Source: Escherichia coli
GTDB lineage: Bacteria; Pseudomonadota; Gammaproteobacteria; Enterobacterales; Enterobacteriaceae
Direction: 5' to 3' (one strand)
Assembly: GCF_024223415.1 (NCBI RefSeq)
Contig: NZ_CP100500.1
DNA length: 64,000 nt
The translations under genes and the position numbers were made by a program. This document shows positions 1-10,560 of this stretch, one piece after another. Each line of letters begins with the position of its first letter. Positions within the stretch are counted from its first letter, which is position 1. The notes beneath the pieces were generated by a model. The model saw nothing but the letters and a program-made list of their open reading frames with translations. It had not been told where the DNA came from and made no database searches.

Positions 1-845
1 CGCTTACCCAGACGTTTGGCAAAATATCCGGCAATCAACATGGTCGGGATTTCCAGCCCGGCGGCGGTCCCCATCATCACACCGGCCAGTTTCTCAGGAA
101 GATGCAGTTCGTTGATAATAAATAGCGGCATGTTGATGATGTACAGGCTGTTCGAGCCCCACATCAATGTACAAATGACAAACAGCAGCAGCGTATCGCG
201 ACGGTTACGGCGCGGCGCTTCAACCGTGCCGGTCGCCAGCGGAAGCTCTTTTTGCATCGACGGTAAAAACAGCCACACCATCACGCCGCAAACAATAAAC
301 GCTACCGCTGCGCTCAGATACATTACCGTAAAGCTGAAACCCATCGCTAAGGCATAAGCCAGCGGTGGGCCAATGACCCATGCCAGTGAAACCTGAGCGC
401 GTAAAAAAGAGCTGAACATCACCGCCTCACGTCCGGTTTTGTCGGCATGTTCACGGGCAAGGGCAAACATTTGCGGGTTAGCGGTCGAGCCAAAGCTGCT
501 AAGAAAGACGCCAACGAATAGCAAAACAAAGTAGTTGCGATTCCAGGCAAAAAGGGTGCAGGTCAGCACGCCTAACAGGCAGCAAAAGACAATCAGCGAT
601 TTGCGATCGCCGCGCTTATCAGAGCGCCCGGCGAGAAACTGACTCACCAGAATCCCAATGACAGCGCTGCCGGTAAAGAAGAATCCCACCATCGCCGGAC
701 GGGCATGTACTTCATCGGTAAGAAAAATACTGAGTGTCGGGGTTTGCAGAGCGCCCGCAATACCGGTGAGAAAGGCAACGATTAAAAACGCCGTCGAGGT
801 CAGGTCAAACGATTTCGCGCTGGAGACTGCGGGGGAGTTATGCAT
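1..845 (-). CDS. setB: Sugar efflux transporter SetB (MFS), 5' portion; 3' end runs off the window
   Basis: Minus-strand translation from ATG at ~845 gives MHNSPAVSSAKSFDLTSTAFLIVAFLTGIAGALQTPTLSIFLTDEVH..., matching the recalled SetB N-terminus; the + strand track ORFs here are antisense artefacts. Confidence 0.85.
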   Translation of the reverse strand, partial: MHNSPAVSSAKSFDLTSTAFLIVAFLTGIAGALQTPTLSIFLTDEVHARPAMVGFFFTGSAVIGILVSQFLAGRSDKRGDRKSLIVFCCLLGVLTCTLFAWNRNYFVLLFVGVFLSSFGSTANPQMFALAREHADKTGREAVMFSSFLRAQVSLAWVIGPPLAYALAMGFSFTVMYLSAAVAFIVCGVMVWLFLPSMQKELPLATGTVEAPRRNRRDTLLLFVICTLMWGSNSLYIINMPLFIINELHLPEKLAGVMMGTAAGLEIPTMLIAGYFAKRLGK

Positions 846-1110
846 GCTGGTCGATCATTGGAAGAGGAAGACGCGGAGTTTACGCTGCTTGTCAGAAAAT
901 AAACAGACAGCGAAATCAAAAGCGCCACGAATAATCAAAATGCCATTTCACTGTTGCTGATTGGCTGCTGACGCTGCTGAAATGAAATTGCTGATAACGG
1001 ATTTTCCCATCAGCAATTAGGAAAAATGACAAAAAATTGTGCAGCACATCAAACTTTTGCTCATAACTTTACGGCTTTCCTTGCGTGCTGAAACAGAAGT
1101 ACTATGCTTT

Positions 1111-1126
1111 CTTGAAACGTTTCAGC
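1111..1126. promoter_or_regulatory. Cra (FruR) operator 1 upstream of fruB
   Basis: cTTGAAACGTTTCAGC, near-perfect palindrome matching the Cra consensus GCTGAAACGTTTCAGC. Confidence 0.8.
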
Positions 1127-1177
1127 GCGATCTTGTCTTTAACCCTAAGCCAGGTTGGCGCTTTTTTTCTCATAGAA

Positions 1178-1198
1178 GCTGAATCGTTTCAATTCAGC
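1178..1198. promoter_or_regulatory. Cra (FruR) operator 2 upstream of fruB
   Basis: GCTGAATCGTTTCAATTCAGC palindrome just upstream of the fruB RBS (AGAGGAGAA) and ATG. Confidence 0.75.
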
Positions 1199-1212
1199 AA
1201 GAGAGGAGAACT

Positions 1213-2343
1213 ATGTTCCAGTTATCCGTACAGGACATCCATCCGGGCGAAAAGGCCGGAGACAAAGAAGAGGCGATTCGCCAGGTCGCTGCGGCGCTGG
1301 TGCAGGCCGGTAATGTAGCAGAAGGCTACGTCAATGGCATGCTGGCGCGCGAACAGCAAACCTCAACGTTCCTCGGCAATGGTATTGCTATTCCACACGG
1401 CACTACCGACACCCGCGATCAGGTGCTGAAAACCGGCGTTCAGGTATTTCAGTTCCCGGAAGGCGTCACCTGGGGTGACGGTCAGGTAGCGTACGTAGCG
1501 ATCGGTATTGCTGCCAGCTCGGATGAGCATCTGGGCCTGCTACGCCAGCTGACCCACGTACTGAGCGATGATTCCGTTGCTGAACAACTGAAGTCAGCAA
1601 CAACAGCAGAAGAACTTCGCGCATTGCTGATGGGCGAAAAGCAGAGTGAGCAGCTGAAGCTCGACAACGAAATGCTGACGCTGGATATCGTCGCCAGCGA
1701 TCTGCTGACTCTTCAGGCGCTGAACGCTGCGCGTCTGAAAGAAGCGGGGGCAGTTGACGCCACTTTCGTCACCAAAGCCATCAATGAACAACCGCTGAAC
1801 CTCGGACAGGGCATCTGGCTGAGCGATAGCGCCGAAGGCAATTTGCGTAGCGCGATTGCTGTAAGCCGTGCGGCAAATGCTTTTGATGTGGACGGCGAAA
1901 CGGCAGCCATGCTGGTGAGTGTGGCGATGAATGACGATCAGCCCATTGCGGTTCTTAAGCGTCTCGCTGATTTGTTGCTCGACAATAAAGCTGACCGCTT
2001 GCTGAAAGCGGATGCGGCAACGTTGCTGGCGCTGCTGACCAGCGATGATGCGCCGACCGACGACGTGTTAAGCGCGGAGTTTGTGGTGCGCAATGAACAC
2101 GGCCTGCATGCTCGTCCAGGTACCATGCTGGTCAACACCATTAAACAATTTAACAGTGATATTACCGTGACAAACCTTGATGGCACCGGCAAACCGGCAA
2201 ACGGACGTAGTCTGATGAAAGTTGTGGCACTTGGCGTTAAGAAAGGTCATCGCCTACGCTTTACCGCCCAGGGTGCAGATGCTGAACAGGCGCTGAAAGC
2301 AATCGGCGACGCTATCGCTGCTGGTCTTGGGGAGGGCGCATAA
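1213..2343 (+). CDS. fruB: Fructose PTS diphosphoryl-transfer protein FPr (EIIA-M-HPr-like)
   Basis: 376-aa [23 protein letters not shown]...; first gene of the fruBKA operon. Confidence 0.95.
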
Positions 2344-3281
2344 TGAGCAGACGTGTTGCTACTATCACCCTTAATCCGGCTTATGACCTTGTTGGTTTCT
2401 GCCCGGAAATTGAACGCGGCGAAGTGAACCTGGTGAAAACCACCGGTCTGCATGCGGCGGGTAAAGGCATCAACGTGGCCAAAGTATTAAAAGACCTGGG
2501 AATTGATGTCACCGTTGGCGGCTTCCTCGGTAAAGACAATCAGGATGGTTTTCAGCAACTGTTCAGCGAGCTGGGCATTGCCAACCGTTTCCAGGTTGTA
2601 CAGGGGCGCACCCGAATTAACGTTAAGCTGACGGAAAAAGACGGCGAAGTGACCGACTTCAACTTCTCGGGTTTTGAAGTCACTCCCGCCGACTGGGAAC
2701 GCTTTGTGACTGATTCTCTGAGCTGGCTCGGTCAGTTCGATATGGTCTGTGTCAGCGGAAGCTTACCGTCAGGCGTCAGCCCGGAAGCGTTCACCGACTG
2801 GATGACTCGCCTGCGTAGTCAGTGCCCTTGCATTATCTTTGATAGTAGCCGTGAAGCGTTAGTAGCAGGTTTGAAAGCGGCACCGTGGCTGGTGAAACCT
2901 AACCGCCGCGAGCTGGAAATCTGGGCAGGCCGTAAACTGCCTGAAATGAAAGATGTGATTGAAGCTGCGCATGCGCTGCGTGAACAAGGTATTGCGCATG
3001 TCGTTATTTCACTGGGTGCCGAAGGCGCGCTTTGGGTTAATGCCTCCGGCGAATGGATCGCCAAACCACCGTCAGTCGATGTCGTAAGCACCGTTGGCGC
3101 AGGGGATTCTATGGTTGGTGGCCTGATTTATGGCTTGCTAATGCGTGAATCCAGTGAACACACACTGCGTCTGGCGACTGCTGTTGCAGCCCTGGCGGTA
3201 AGTCAAAGCAATGTGGGTATTACCGATCGTCCGCAGTTGGCCGCAATGATGGCGCGCGTCGACTTACAACCTTTTAACTGA
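2343..3281 (+). CDS. fruK: 1-phosphofructokinase (PfkB family)
   Basis: 312-aa ORF; ATGA overlap with the fruB stop; ribokinase-like GAGD motif. Confidence 0.95.
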   Translation: MSRRVATITLNPAYDLVGFCPEIERGEVNLVKTTGLHAAGKGINVAKVLKDLGIDVTVGGFLGKDNQDGFQQLFSELGIANRFQVVQGRTRINVKLTEKDGEVTDFNFSGFEVTPADWERFVTDSLSWLGQFDMVCVSGSLPSGVSPEAFTDWMTRLRSQCPCIIFDSSREALVAGLKAAPWLVKPNRRELEIWAGRKLPEMKDVIEAAHALREQGIAHVVISLGAEGALWVNASGEWIAKPPSVDVVSTVGAGDSMVGGLIYGLLMRESSEHTLRLATAVAALAVSQSNVGITDRPQLAAMMARVDLQPFN

Positions 3282-3297
3282 CAGCAGGAGAGGCATA

Positions 3298-4989
3298 ATG
3301 AAAACGCTGCTGATTATTGACGCTAATCTCGGTCAGGCACGCGCCTATATGGCGAAGACCCTGCTGGGCGCGGCGGCGCGAAAAGCAAAACTGGAAATCA
3401 TCGACAATCCGAACGACGCAGAAATGGCGATTGTTCTCGGTGATTCCATCCCGAATGACAGCGCGCTGAACGGTAAAAATGTCTGGCTGGGCGATATTTC
3501 CCGGGCAGTTGCGCACCCTGAGCTGTTCCTGAGTGAAGCCAAAGGCCATGCGAAACCTTACACTGCGCCGGTCGCTGCGACAGCACCGGTTGCCGCCAGC
3601 GGTCCGAAACGCGTAGTTGCGGTGACTGCTTGCCCGACTGGCGTAGCACACACCTTTATGGCGGCTGAAGCCATTGAAACCGAAGCGAAAAAACGTGGCT
3701 GGTGGGTGAAAGTTGAAACCTGTGGTTCTGTTGGTGCGGGTAATGCAATCACCCCCGAAGAAGTAGCCGCAGCGGATCTGGTGATTGTGGCGGCAGATAT
3801 CGAAGTGGATCTGGCGAAATTTGCTGGTAAACCGATGTATCGTACCTCTACTGGTCTGGCGCTGAAGAAAACCGCGCAGGAACTGGATAAAGCGGTTGCT
3901 GAAGCAACGCCGTATGAACCGGCGGGCAAAGCTCAAACGGCGACCTCTGAAGGTAAGAAAGAGAGTGCAGGCGCATACCGTCACTTGCTGACGGGTGTCT
4001 CTTACATGCTGCCGATGGTCGTTGCAGGTGGTCTGTGTATCGCGCTTTCTTTTGCTTTTGGTATCGAAGCGTTTAAAGAGCCGGGTACGTTGGCAGCGGC
4101 GCTGATGCAGATTGGTGGTGGTTCAGCCTTTGCGCTGATGGTGCCGGTACTGGCAGGTTATATTGCCTTCTCCATTGCCGATCGTCCGGGTCTCACGCCG
4201 GGTCTGATTGGCGGTATGCTGGCGGTCAGCACCGGTTCTGGCTTCATTGGCGGTATTATTGCGGGCTTCCTGGCTGGTTACATTGCGAAGTTAATCAGTA
4301 CGCAACTGAAACTGCCACAGAGTATGGAGGCGCTGAAACCGATCCTGATCATTCCGCTAATTTCCAGTCTGGTGGTCGGTCTGGCGATGATCTACCTGAT
4401 CGGTAAACCGGTTGCTGGCATTCTCGAAGGGTTGACTCACTGGCTGCAGACCATGGGGACTGCGAATGCGGTTCTGCTGGGGGCGATCCTCGGTGGCATG
4501 ATGTGTACTGACATGGGCGGTCCGGTAAATAAAGCAGCGTACGCATTCGGTGTGGGTCTGCTGAGTACTCAAACCTATGGCCCGATGGCGGCGATTATGG
4601 CGGCAGGTATGGTGCCACCGCTGGCAATGGGTCTGGCAACAATGGTGGCGCGTCGCAAATTTGACAAAGCGCAGCAGGAAGGTGGCAAAGCCGCTCTGGT
4701 TCTTGGTCTGTGCTTTATTTCGGAAGGTGCAATTCCGTTTGCTGCTCGTGATCCGATGCGTGTGCTGCCGTGCTGTATCGTGGGTGGGGCGCTGACTGGC
4801 GCAATCTCAATGGCGATTGGTGCGAAACTGATGGCACCGCACGGTGGTCTGTTTGTTCTGCTGATCCCTGGCGCTATTACGCCGGTACTGGGTTACCTGG
4901 TAGCAATTATTGCCGGTACGCTGGTGGCGGGTTTGGCCTATGCCTTCCTGAAACGTCCGGAAGTGGACGCAGTAGCGAAAGCCGCGTAA
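3298..4989 (+). CDS. fruA: Fructose-specific PTS EIIB'BC component
   Basis: 563-aa ORF with N-terminal IIB-like domains and a C-terminal polytopic IIC domain. Confidence 0.95.
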   Translation: MKTLLIIDANLGQARAYMAKTLLGAAARKAKLEIIDNPNDAEMAIVLGDSIPNDSALNGKNVWLGDISRAVAHPELFLSEAKGHAKPYTAPVAATAPVAASGPKRVVAVTACPTGVAHTFMAAEAIETEAKKRGWWVKVETCGSVGAGNAITPEEVAAADLVIVAADIEVDLAKFAGKPMYRTSTGLALKKTAQELDKAVAEATPYEPAGKAQTATSEGKKESAGAYRHLLTGVSYMLPMVVAGGLCIALSFAFGIEAFKEPGTLAAALMQIGGGSAFALMVPVLAGYIAFSIADRPGLTPGLIGGMLAVSTGSGFIGGIIAGFLAGYIAKLISTQLKLPQSMEALKPILIIPLISSLVVGLAMIYLIGKPVAGILEGLTHWLQTMGTANAVLLGAILGGMMCTDMGGPVNKAAYAFGVGLLSTQTYGPMAAIMAAGMVPPLAMGLATMVARRKFDKAQQEGGKAALVLGLCFISEGAIPFAARDPMRVLPCCIVGGALTGAISMAIGAKLMAPHGGLFVLLIPGAITPVLGYLVAIIAGTLVAGLAYAFLKRPEVDAVAKAA

Positions 4990-5144
4990 TAAAAGGTGTG
5001 TTACAGGGCAGAAATTTACTGCCCTGTATCATTGGATGAGCGCAAAGAGAATGACCGGTTTGTGAATGTAATTTTATGAATTTAAATGGTTTTATCTTTC
5101 AGTAGAAACCTGAAACGTTCATCAAACACTAAGGTTATTTCCTC

Positions 5145-5172
5145 AAGGGCAGATTCTTTTCTGCCCTTTTTT
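5145..5172 (+). terminator. Intrinsic terminator downstream of fruA
   Basis: AAGGGCAGA-ttctttt-CTGCCCTT stem followed by a T-run; a second perfect 9-bp hairpin lies at ~5003-5027. Confidence 0.7.
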
Positions 5173-5412
5173 AGTGTTCATGTTCTGTGCATCCCGTCAC
5201 AAATTCCTCGCTTTTGTAATTCAGGCATTTAATCGCATTTTGTGAGCCTGCTCAAATCTGCCCGCTTTGCCTCTCTGGCGGCAATTTACTTTACGTAAAA
5301 CATGCATACTATGAGCACATGTTTAAATATGAACACATGTTTAAACCGTCTTTGCAGTATCTATATCCTTGTGGATTGACAGGGTTGGTAATTTTTTACC
5401 AGAGGACGTGCT

Positions 5413-6354
5413 ATGCGCGAAAAGGATTATGTCGTAATTATAGGTTCGGCGAATATTGATGTCGCCGGATATTCACATGAATCATTAAATTATGCGGATT
5501 CAAATCCAGGTAAAATAAAATTTACACCTGGTGGAGTAGGGCGAAATATTGCACAAAACCTGGCGTTGCTGGGTAACAAAGCCTGGCTACTGAGCGCAGT
5601 AGGTAGTGATTTTTATGGTCAATCGCTGCTAACGCAAACCAATCAATCTGGCGTTTATGTCGATAAATGCCTGATTGTGCTGGGAGAAAATACGTCGAGT
5701 TATTTATCATTACTCGATAATACCGGTGAAATGCTGGTTGCTATAAATGACATGAATATTAGCAACGCTATTACAGCTGAATATCTCGCACAACACCGTG
5801 AATTTATTCAGAGGGCAAAGGTCATTGTCGCGGACTGTAATATCAGTGAAGAGGCACTGGCATGGATTCTGGATAATGCCGCCAACGTACCCGTATTTGT
5901 CGATCCGGTTTCAGCGTGGAAATGTGTCAAAGTGCACGACCGTCTAAATCAGATCCACACTCTGAAGCCAAACCGCCTTGAAGCGGAAACCCTGAGTGGG
6001 ATAGCGCTGTCAGGGCGTGAAGATGTGGCAAAGGTTGCCGCCTGGTTCCATCAACATGGCCTGAACCGACTGGTATTGAGCATGGGCGGCGATGGCGTTT
6101 ATTACAGTGAAATCAGCGGTGAAAGTGGCTGGTCTGCCTCGATCAAAACCAATGTTATTAATGTTACCGGAGCGGGCGATGCCATGATGGCGGGACTTGC
6201 TTCGTGTTGGGTAGACGGAATGCCGTTTGCCGAATCTGTTCGTTTCGCACAGGGATGTTCGTCAATGGCGCTCTCCTGTGAATACACCAATAACCCCGAT
6301 TTATCGATTGCCAACGTTATATCGTTAGTGGAGAACGCAGAATGTCTGAATTAA
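5413..6354 (+). CDS. psuK: Pseudouridine kinase (PfkB family)
   Basis: 313-aa ORF, MREKDYVVIIGSANIDV...; matches recalled PsuK/YeiC. Confidence 0.9.
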   Translation: MREKDYVVIIGSANIDVAGYSHESLNYADSNPGKIKFTPGGVGRNIAQNLALLGNKAWLLSAVGSDFYGQSLLTQTNQSGVYVDKCLIVLGENTSSYLSLLDNTGEMLVAINDMNISNAITAEYLAQHREFIQRAKVIVADCNISEEALAWILDNAANVPVFVDPVSAWKCVKVHDRLNQIHTLKPNRLEAETLSGIALSGREDVAKVAAWFHQHGLNRLVLSMGGDGVYYSEISGESGWSASIKTNVINVTGAGDAMMAGLASCWVDGMPFAESVRFAQGCSSMALSCEYTNNPDLSIANVISLVENAECLN

Positions 6355-7280
6355 AAATTTCCCCTGAATTATTACAAATTTCCCCGGAAGTGCAGGACGC
6401 TTTAAAAAACAAAAAACCGGTTGTGGCGCTGGAATCGACCATTATTTCTCACGGGATGCCGTTCCCACAAAATGCCCAGACCGCAATTGAAGTTGAAGAA
6501 ACTATTCGTAAACAGGGCGCAGTACCTGCCACTATCGCCATTATTGGTGGCGTGATGAAAGTGGGTTTAAGCAAAGATGAAATTGAATTACTGGGTCGTG
6601 AAGGGCATAACGTGACCAAAGTTAGTCGTCGCGATTTACCTTTTGTTGTTGCCGCCGGAAAAAATGGCGCAACCACTGTGGCTTCAACGATGATTATTGC
6701 GGCGCTTGCCGGAATTAAAGTATTTGCCACCGGGGGAATTGGTGGTGTTCATCGCGGGGCGGAACATACCTTCGATATTTCTGCCGATTTGCAAGAACTG
6801 GCAAATACTAATGTCACCGTTGTTTGTGCCGGGGCGAAATCTATTCTCGATTTAGGATTAACCACTGAGTATTTAGAAACCTTCGGTGTGCCGTTAATTG
6901 GCTATCAGACTAAAGCGCTGCCTGCGTTTTTCTGCCGCACCAGCCCATTTGAAGTCAGTATTCGCCTTGATAGTGCCACGGAAATCGCTCGTGCAATGGC
7001 AGTGAAATGGCAAACCGGTTTGAACGGTGGTCTGGTAGTGGCGAATCCGATCCCGGAACAGTTTGCGATGCCGGAGGAATCTATCAATGCAGCCATAGAT
7101 CAAGCCGTCGCCGAAGCCGAAGAGCAGGGCGTTATTGGTAAAGAAAGTACACCGTTCCTGCTGGCGCGTGTTGCTGAACTGACCGGCGGTGACAGCCTGA
7201 AATCCAACATCCAACTGGTGTTCAACAACGCCATTCTGGCGAGCGAAATTGCCAAAGAATACCAGCGTCTCGCGGGTTAA
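6342..7280 (+). CDS. psuG: Pseudouridine-5'-phosphate glycosidase
   Basis: 312-aa ORF overlapping the psuK 3' end; matches recalled PsuG/YeiN. Confidence 0.9.
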   Translation: MSELKISPELLQISPEVQDALKNKKPVVALESTIISHGMPFPQNAQTAIEVEETIRKQGAVPATIAIIGGVMKVGLSKDEIELLGREGHNVTKVSRRDLPFVVAAGKNGATTVASTMIIAALAGIKVFATGGIGGVHRGAEHTFDISADLQELANTNVTVVCAGAKSILDLGLTTEYLETFGVPLIGYQTKALPAFFCRTSPFEVSIRLDSATEIARAMAVKWQTGLNGGLVVANPIPEQFAMPEESINAAIDQAVAEAEEQGVIGKESTPFLLARVAELTGGDSLKSNIQLVFNNAILASEIAKEYQRLAG

Positions 7281-7373
7281 TTTCTGACGGGCAGAAAGCC
7301 GTCGCCCGTACTGATCATACATACCGAAACCTGGCGCTGACGCCGGGTTTACTGGCATGAAGGGAAAATCATT

Positions 7374-8624
7374 ATGGATATAATGAGAAGTGTTGTGGGG
7401 ATGGTGGTGTTACTGGCAATAGCATTTCTGTTGTCGGTAAATAAAAAGAGCATCAGTTTGCGCACGGTTGGAGCCGCACTGCTGCTGCAAATCGCTATTG
7501 GTGGCATCATGCTCTATTTTCCGCCGGGAAAATGGGCAGTAGAACAGGCGGCATTAGGCGTTCATAAAGTGATGTCTTACAGTGATGCCGGTAGCGCCTT
7601 CATTTTTGGTTCGCTGGTCGGGCCGAAAATGGATGTCTTGTTCGACGGTGCAGGCTTTATCTTCGCCTTTCGCGTACTTCCGGCGATTATCTTCGTCACT
7701 GCGCTTATCAGCCTGCTGTACTACATTGGCGTAATGGGACTGCTAATTCGTATTCTTGGCAGCATTTTCCAGAAAGCTCTTAACATCAGCAAAATCGAGT
7801 CTTTTGTTGCGGTTACCACTATTTTCCTCGGGCAGAACGAGATCCCGGCGATCGTTAAACCGTTTATCGATCGCATGAATCGCAACGAGCTGTTTACCGC
7901 AATTTGTAGCGGGATGGCATCCATTGCCGGTTCGATGATGATTGGTTACGCCGGAATGGGCGTGCCGATTGACTACCTGTTAGCGGCATCGCTGATGGCT
8001 ATCCCAGGCGGTATTTTGTTTGCACGTATTCTTAGCCCAGCAACCGAGCCTTCGCAGGTCACGTTTGAAAATCTGTCGTTCAGCGAAATGCCGCCAAAAA
8101 GCTTTATCGAAGCAGCGGCGAGCGGTGCGATGACCGGGCTGAAAATCGCCGCCGGTGTGGCGACGGTGGTCATGGCGTTTGTCGCAATTATTGCGCTGAT
8201 TAATGGCATTATTGGCGGAATTGGCGGCTGGTTTGGTTTTGCCAATGCCTCTCTGGAAAGTATTTTTGGCTATGTGCTGGCACCGCTGGCGTGGATCATG
8301 GGTGTGGACTGGAGTGATGCCAACCTTGCGGGTAGCCTGATTGGGCAGAAACTGGCGATTAACGAATTCGTCGCTTACCTGAGTTTCTCCCCATACCTGC
8401 AAACGGGCGGCACGCTGGAAGTGAAAACCATTGCGATTATCTCCTTTGCGCTTTGTGGTTTTGCTAACTTTGGTTCTATCGGTGTTGTCGTTGGGGCATT
8501 TTCGGCTATTTCGCCAAAACGTGCTCCGGAAATCGCCCAGCTTGGTTTACGGGCGCTGGCAGCAGCAACGCTTTCCAACCTGATGAGCGCGACCATTGCC
8601 GGGTTCTTTATTGGTTTAGCTTGA
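7374..8624 (+). CDS. psuT: NupC-family nucleoside transporter (putative pseudouridine transporter)
   Basis: 416-aa polytopic ORF, MDIMRSVVGMVVLLAIAFLLSVNKK...; paralogue of nupX in this window. Confidence 0.9.
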   Translation: MDIMRSVVGMVVLLAIAFLLSVNKKSISLRTVGAALLLQIAIGGIMLYFPPGKWAVEQAALGVHKVMSYSDAGSAFIFGSLVGPKMDVLFDGAGFIFAFRVLPAIIFVTALISLLYYIGVMGLLIRILGSIFQKALNISKIESFVAVTTIFLGQNEIPAIVKPFIDRMNRNELFTAICSGMASIAGSMMIGYAGMGVPIDYLLAASLMAIPGGILFARILSPATEPSQVTFENLSFSEMPPKSFIEAAASGAMTGLKIAAGVATVVMAFVAIIALINGIIGGIGGWFGFANASLESIFGYVLAPLAWIMGVDWSDANLAGSLIGQKLAINEFVAYLSFSPYLQTGGTLEVKTIAIISFALCGFANFGSIGVVVGAFSAISPKRAPEIAQLGLRALAAATLSNLMSATIAGFFIGLA

Positions 8625-8691
8625 GTTTCATTGCCGGATGTACTCGCTTATTAAGCGTTGCATCCGGCAATCGCGCTATTGCAAATAATTT

Positions 8692-9351
8692 TTACTGCAT
8701 CATCCCGGAGAATTTATTCTCCGGGTCCATCTCCAGCGCCAGTCCTGACAACTGCTTTCTGTTTTTAATGAGATATCCTTTCTTGCTTTTAATTAATAAA
8801 CCGTCGTGAATGAATTGCGCGAGAACATATAAAAGATGTCGATAAGAAACGCCTAAATACTCTGCCGCTTGCGTATGCTTTTCGTGATAAAGATCACCTT
8901 CTTGTGAGAGTAATATAAATGCTGCCAGGCGATTCACTAACGGAAATGATTGATTCTGAGTTAAAGAAACAATATTACGATAATTTTTATGACTTAAGGT
9001 GACGCAAAGTTTTCGTAAAAATAGGGTGTCGTTTAATAACAGCGGACGGTAATGTTTCATAGGGAGCGCAAGGCACCAACACTCTTCAATCGCCTGTACT
9101 GCACGTGGTTCATGGTCTTTATCGATTAACTCAATCTCGCCAATAAAACAGGGGGCGGCAAAGAAATCGATCAGCGACACGCAACCATTAGCTAGCGTGG
9201 CGTAAAGCCTGGCGCGGCCTCGCGTCAGGTAAAACAGCCAGGACGGCTGTTGCCCTTCCTGCACAATGTAGTCACGCGCTAAAAAATGAAACAGCCGCGT
9301 ATCGGCTGAAACATCCGTTAAAAAGCAATCCTTAAACGCGGATTCACTCAT
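8692..9351 (-). CDS. yeiL: CRP/FNR-family transcriptional regulator YeiL
   Basis: Track ORF is 232 aa; start placed at [10 protein letters not shown]... (219 aa) from recalled YeiL; C-terminal HTH. Confidence 0.85.
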   Translation of the reverse strand: MSESAFKDCFLTDVSADTRLFHFLARDYIVQEGQQPSWLFYLTRGRARLYATLANGCVSLIDFFAAPCFIGEIELIDKDHEPRAVQAIEECWCLALPMKHYRPLLLNDTLFLRKLCVTLSHKNYRNIVSLTQNQSFPLVNRLAAFILLSQEGDLYHEKHTQAAEYLGVSYRHLLYVLAQFIHDGLLIKSKKGYLIKNRKQLSGLALEMDPENKFSGMMQ

Positions 9352-9519
9352 CAATTGCTGCTTAAGATCATTATTGTGGATTTCTTTCACGATGTTTATC
9401 CGCTATGAGATTTCTCATATTTAGCATACGTACGCTGTTGTTAAGATTCAATCATCGGCCCGGTCGAATTTTCTTTGCTGTAGAAAAAATAACGCAACTG
9501 GAAACAGAGGAAATAAACA

Positions 9520-10461
9520 ATGGAAAAGAGAAAAATTATTCTGGATTGTGATCCGGGTCATGATGATGCTATTGCAATGATGATGGCAGCGAAACATCCG
9601 GCAATAGATTTATTAGGCATCACTATTGTAGCGGGTAATCAGACGCTTGATAAAACATTAATTAATGGCCTGAATGTTTGCCAGAAACTGGAGATTAATG
9701 TTCCGGTTTATGCGGGGATGCCGCAACCCATTATGCGTCAACAAATCGTTGCCGATAATATTCACGGTGAAACCGGACTGGATGGCCCGGTATTCGAGCC
9801 GCTGACCCGCCAGGCAGAAAGTACCCACGCGGTGAAATACATCATTGATACCCTGATGGCAAGCGATGGCGATATCACTCTGGTGCCGGTTGGTCCGTTG
9901 TCAAATATCGCGGTGGCAATGCGTATGCAACCCGCAATCCTGCCCAAAATCCGTGAAATTGTGCTAATGGGCGGCGCTTACGGTACAGGCAACTTCACGC
10001 CATCTGCCGAGTTCAACATCTTTGCTGACCCGGAAGCCGCACGCGTGGTGTTCACCTCCGGCGTTCCATTAGTGATGATGGGCCTCGATCTTACCAACCA
10101 GACCGTTTGCACCCCGGACGTAATTGCTCGGATGGAAAGGGCAGGCGGCCCTGCCGGAGAGCTATTCAGCGACATCATGAACTTCACTCTCAAAACGCAG
10201 TTCGAAAACTACGGCCTGGCTGGCGGCCCGGTGCACGACGCCACCTGCATCGGTTATCTGATTAACCCTGATGGCATTAAAACCCAGGAGATGTACGTCG
10301 AAGTGGACGTCAACAGTGGCCCTTGTTATGGGCGTACCGTCTGCGACGAGCTGGGCGTTCTTGGCAAGCCCGCTAATACCAAAGTCGGCATCACTATTGA
10401 TACCGACTGGTTCTGGGGCTTAGTCGAAGAGTGCGTGCGCGGCTACATCAAAACCCATTAA
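9520..10461 (+). CDS. rihB: Pyrimidine-specific ribonucleoside hydrolase
   Basis: 313-aa ORF with the N-terminal DCDPGHDD nucleoside-hydrolase motif. Confidence 0.92.
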   Translation: MEKRKIILDCDPGHDDAIAMMMAAKHPAIDLLGITIVAGNQTLDKTLINGLNVCQKLEINVPVYAGMPQPIMRQQIVADNIHGETGLDGPVFEPLTRQAESTHAVKYIIDTLMASDGDITLVPVGPLSNIAVAMRMQPAILPKIREIVLMGGAYGTGNFTPSAEFNIFADPEAARVVFTSGVPLVMMGLDLTNQTVCTPDVIARMERAGGPAGELFSDIMNFTLKTQFENYGLAGGPVHDATCIGYLINPDGIKTQEMYVEVDVNSGPCYGRTVCDELGVLGKPANTKVGITIDTDWFWGLVEECVRGYIKTH

Positions 10462-10560
10462 GTGTTGATAACAAGCCGGGCCGGTATCGCAAGATGCAGG
10501 CCTGGCTATTTCTGAGGGGCAGAAAGCCGTCGCCCAATATGACATGAAGAGATAATAACT

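Noticed and set aside
16-960. Plus-strand track ORFs 16..357 and 658..960
   Set aside because: They lie antisense within setB, whose minus-strand translation matches SetB; they are shadow ORFs.
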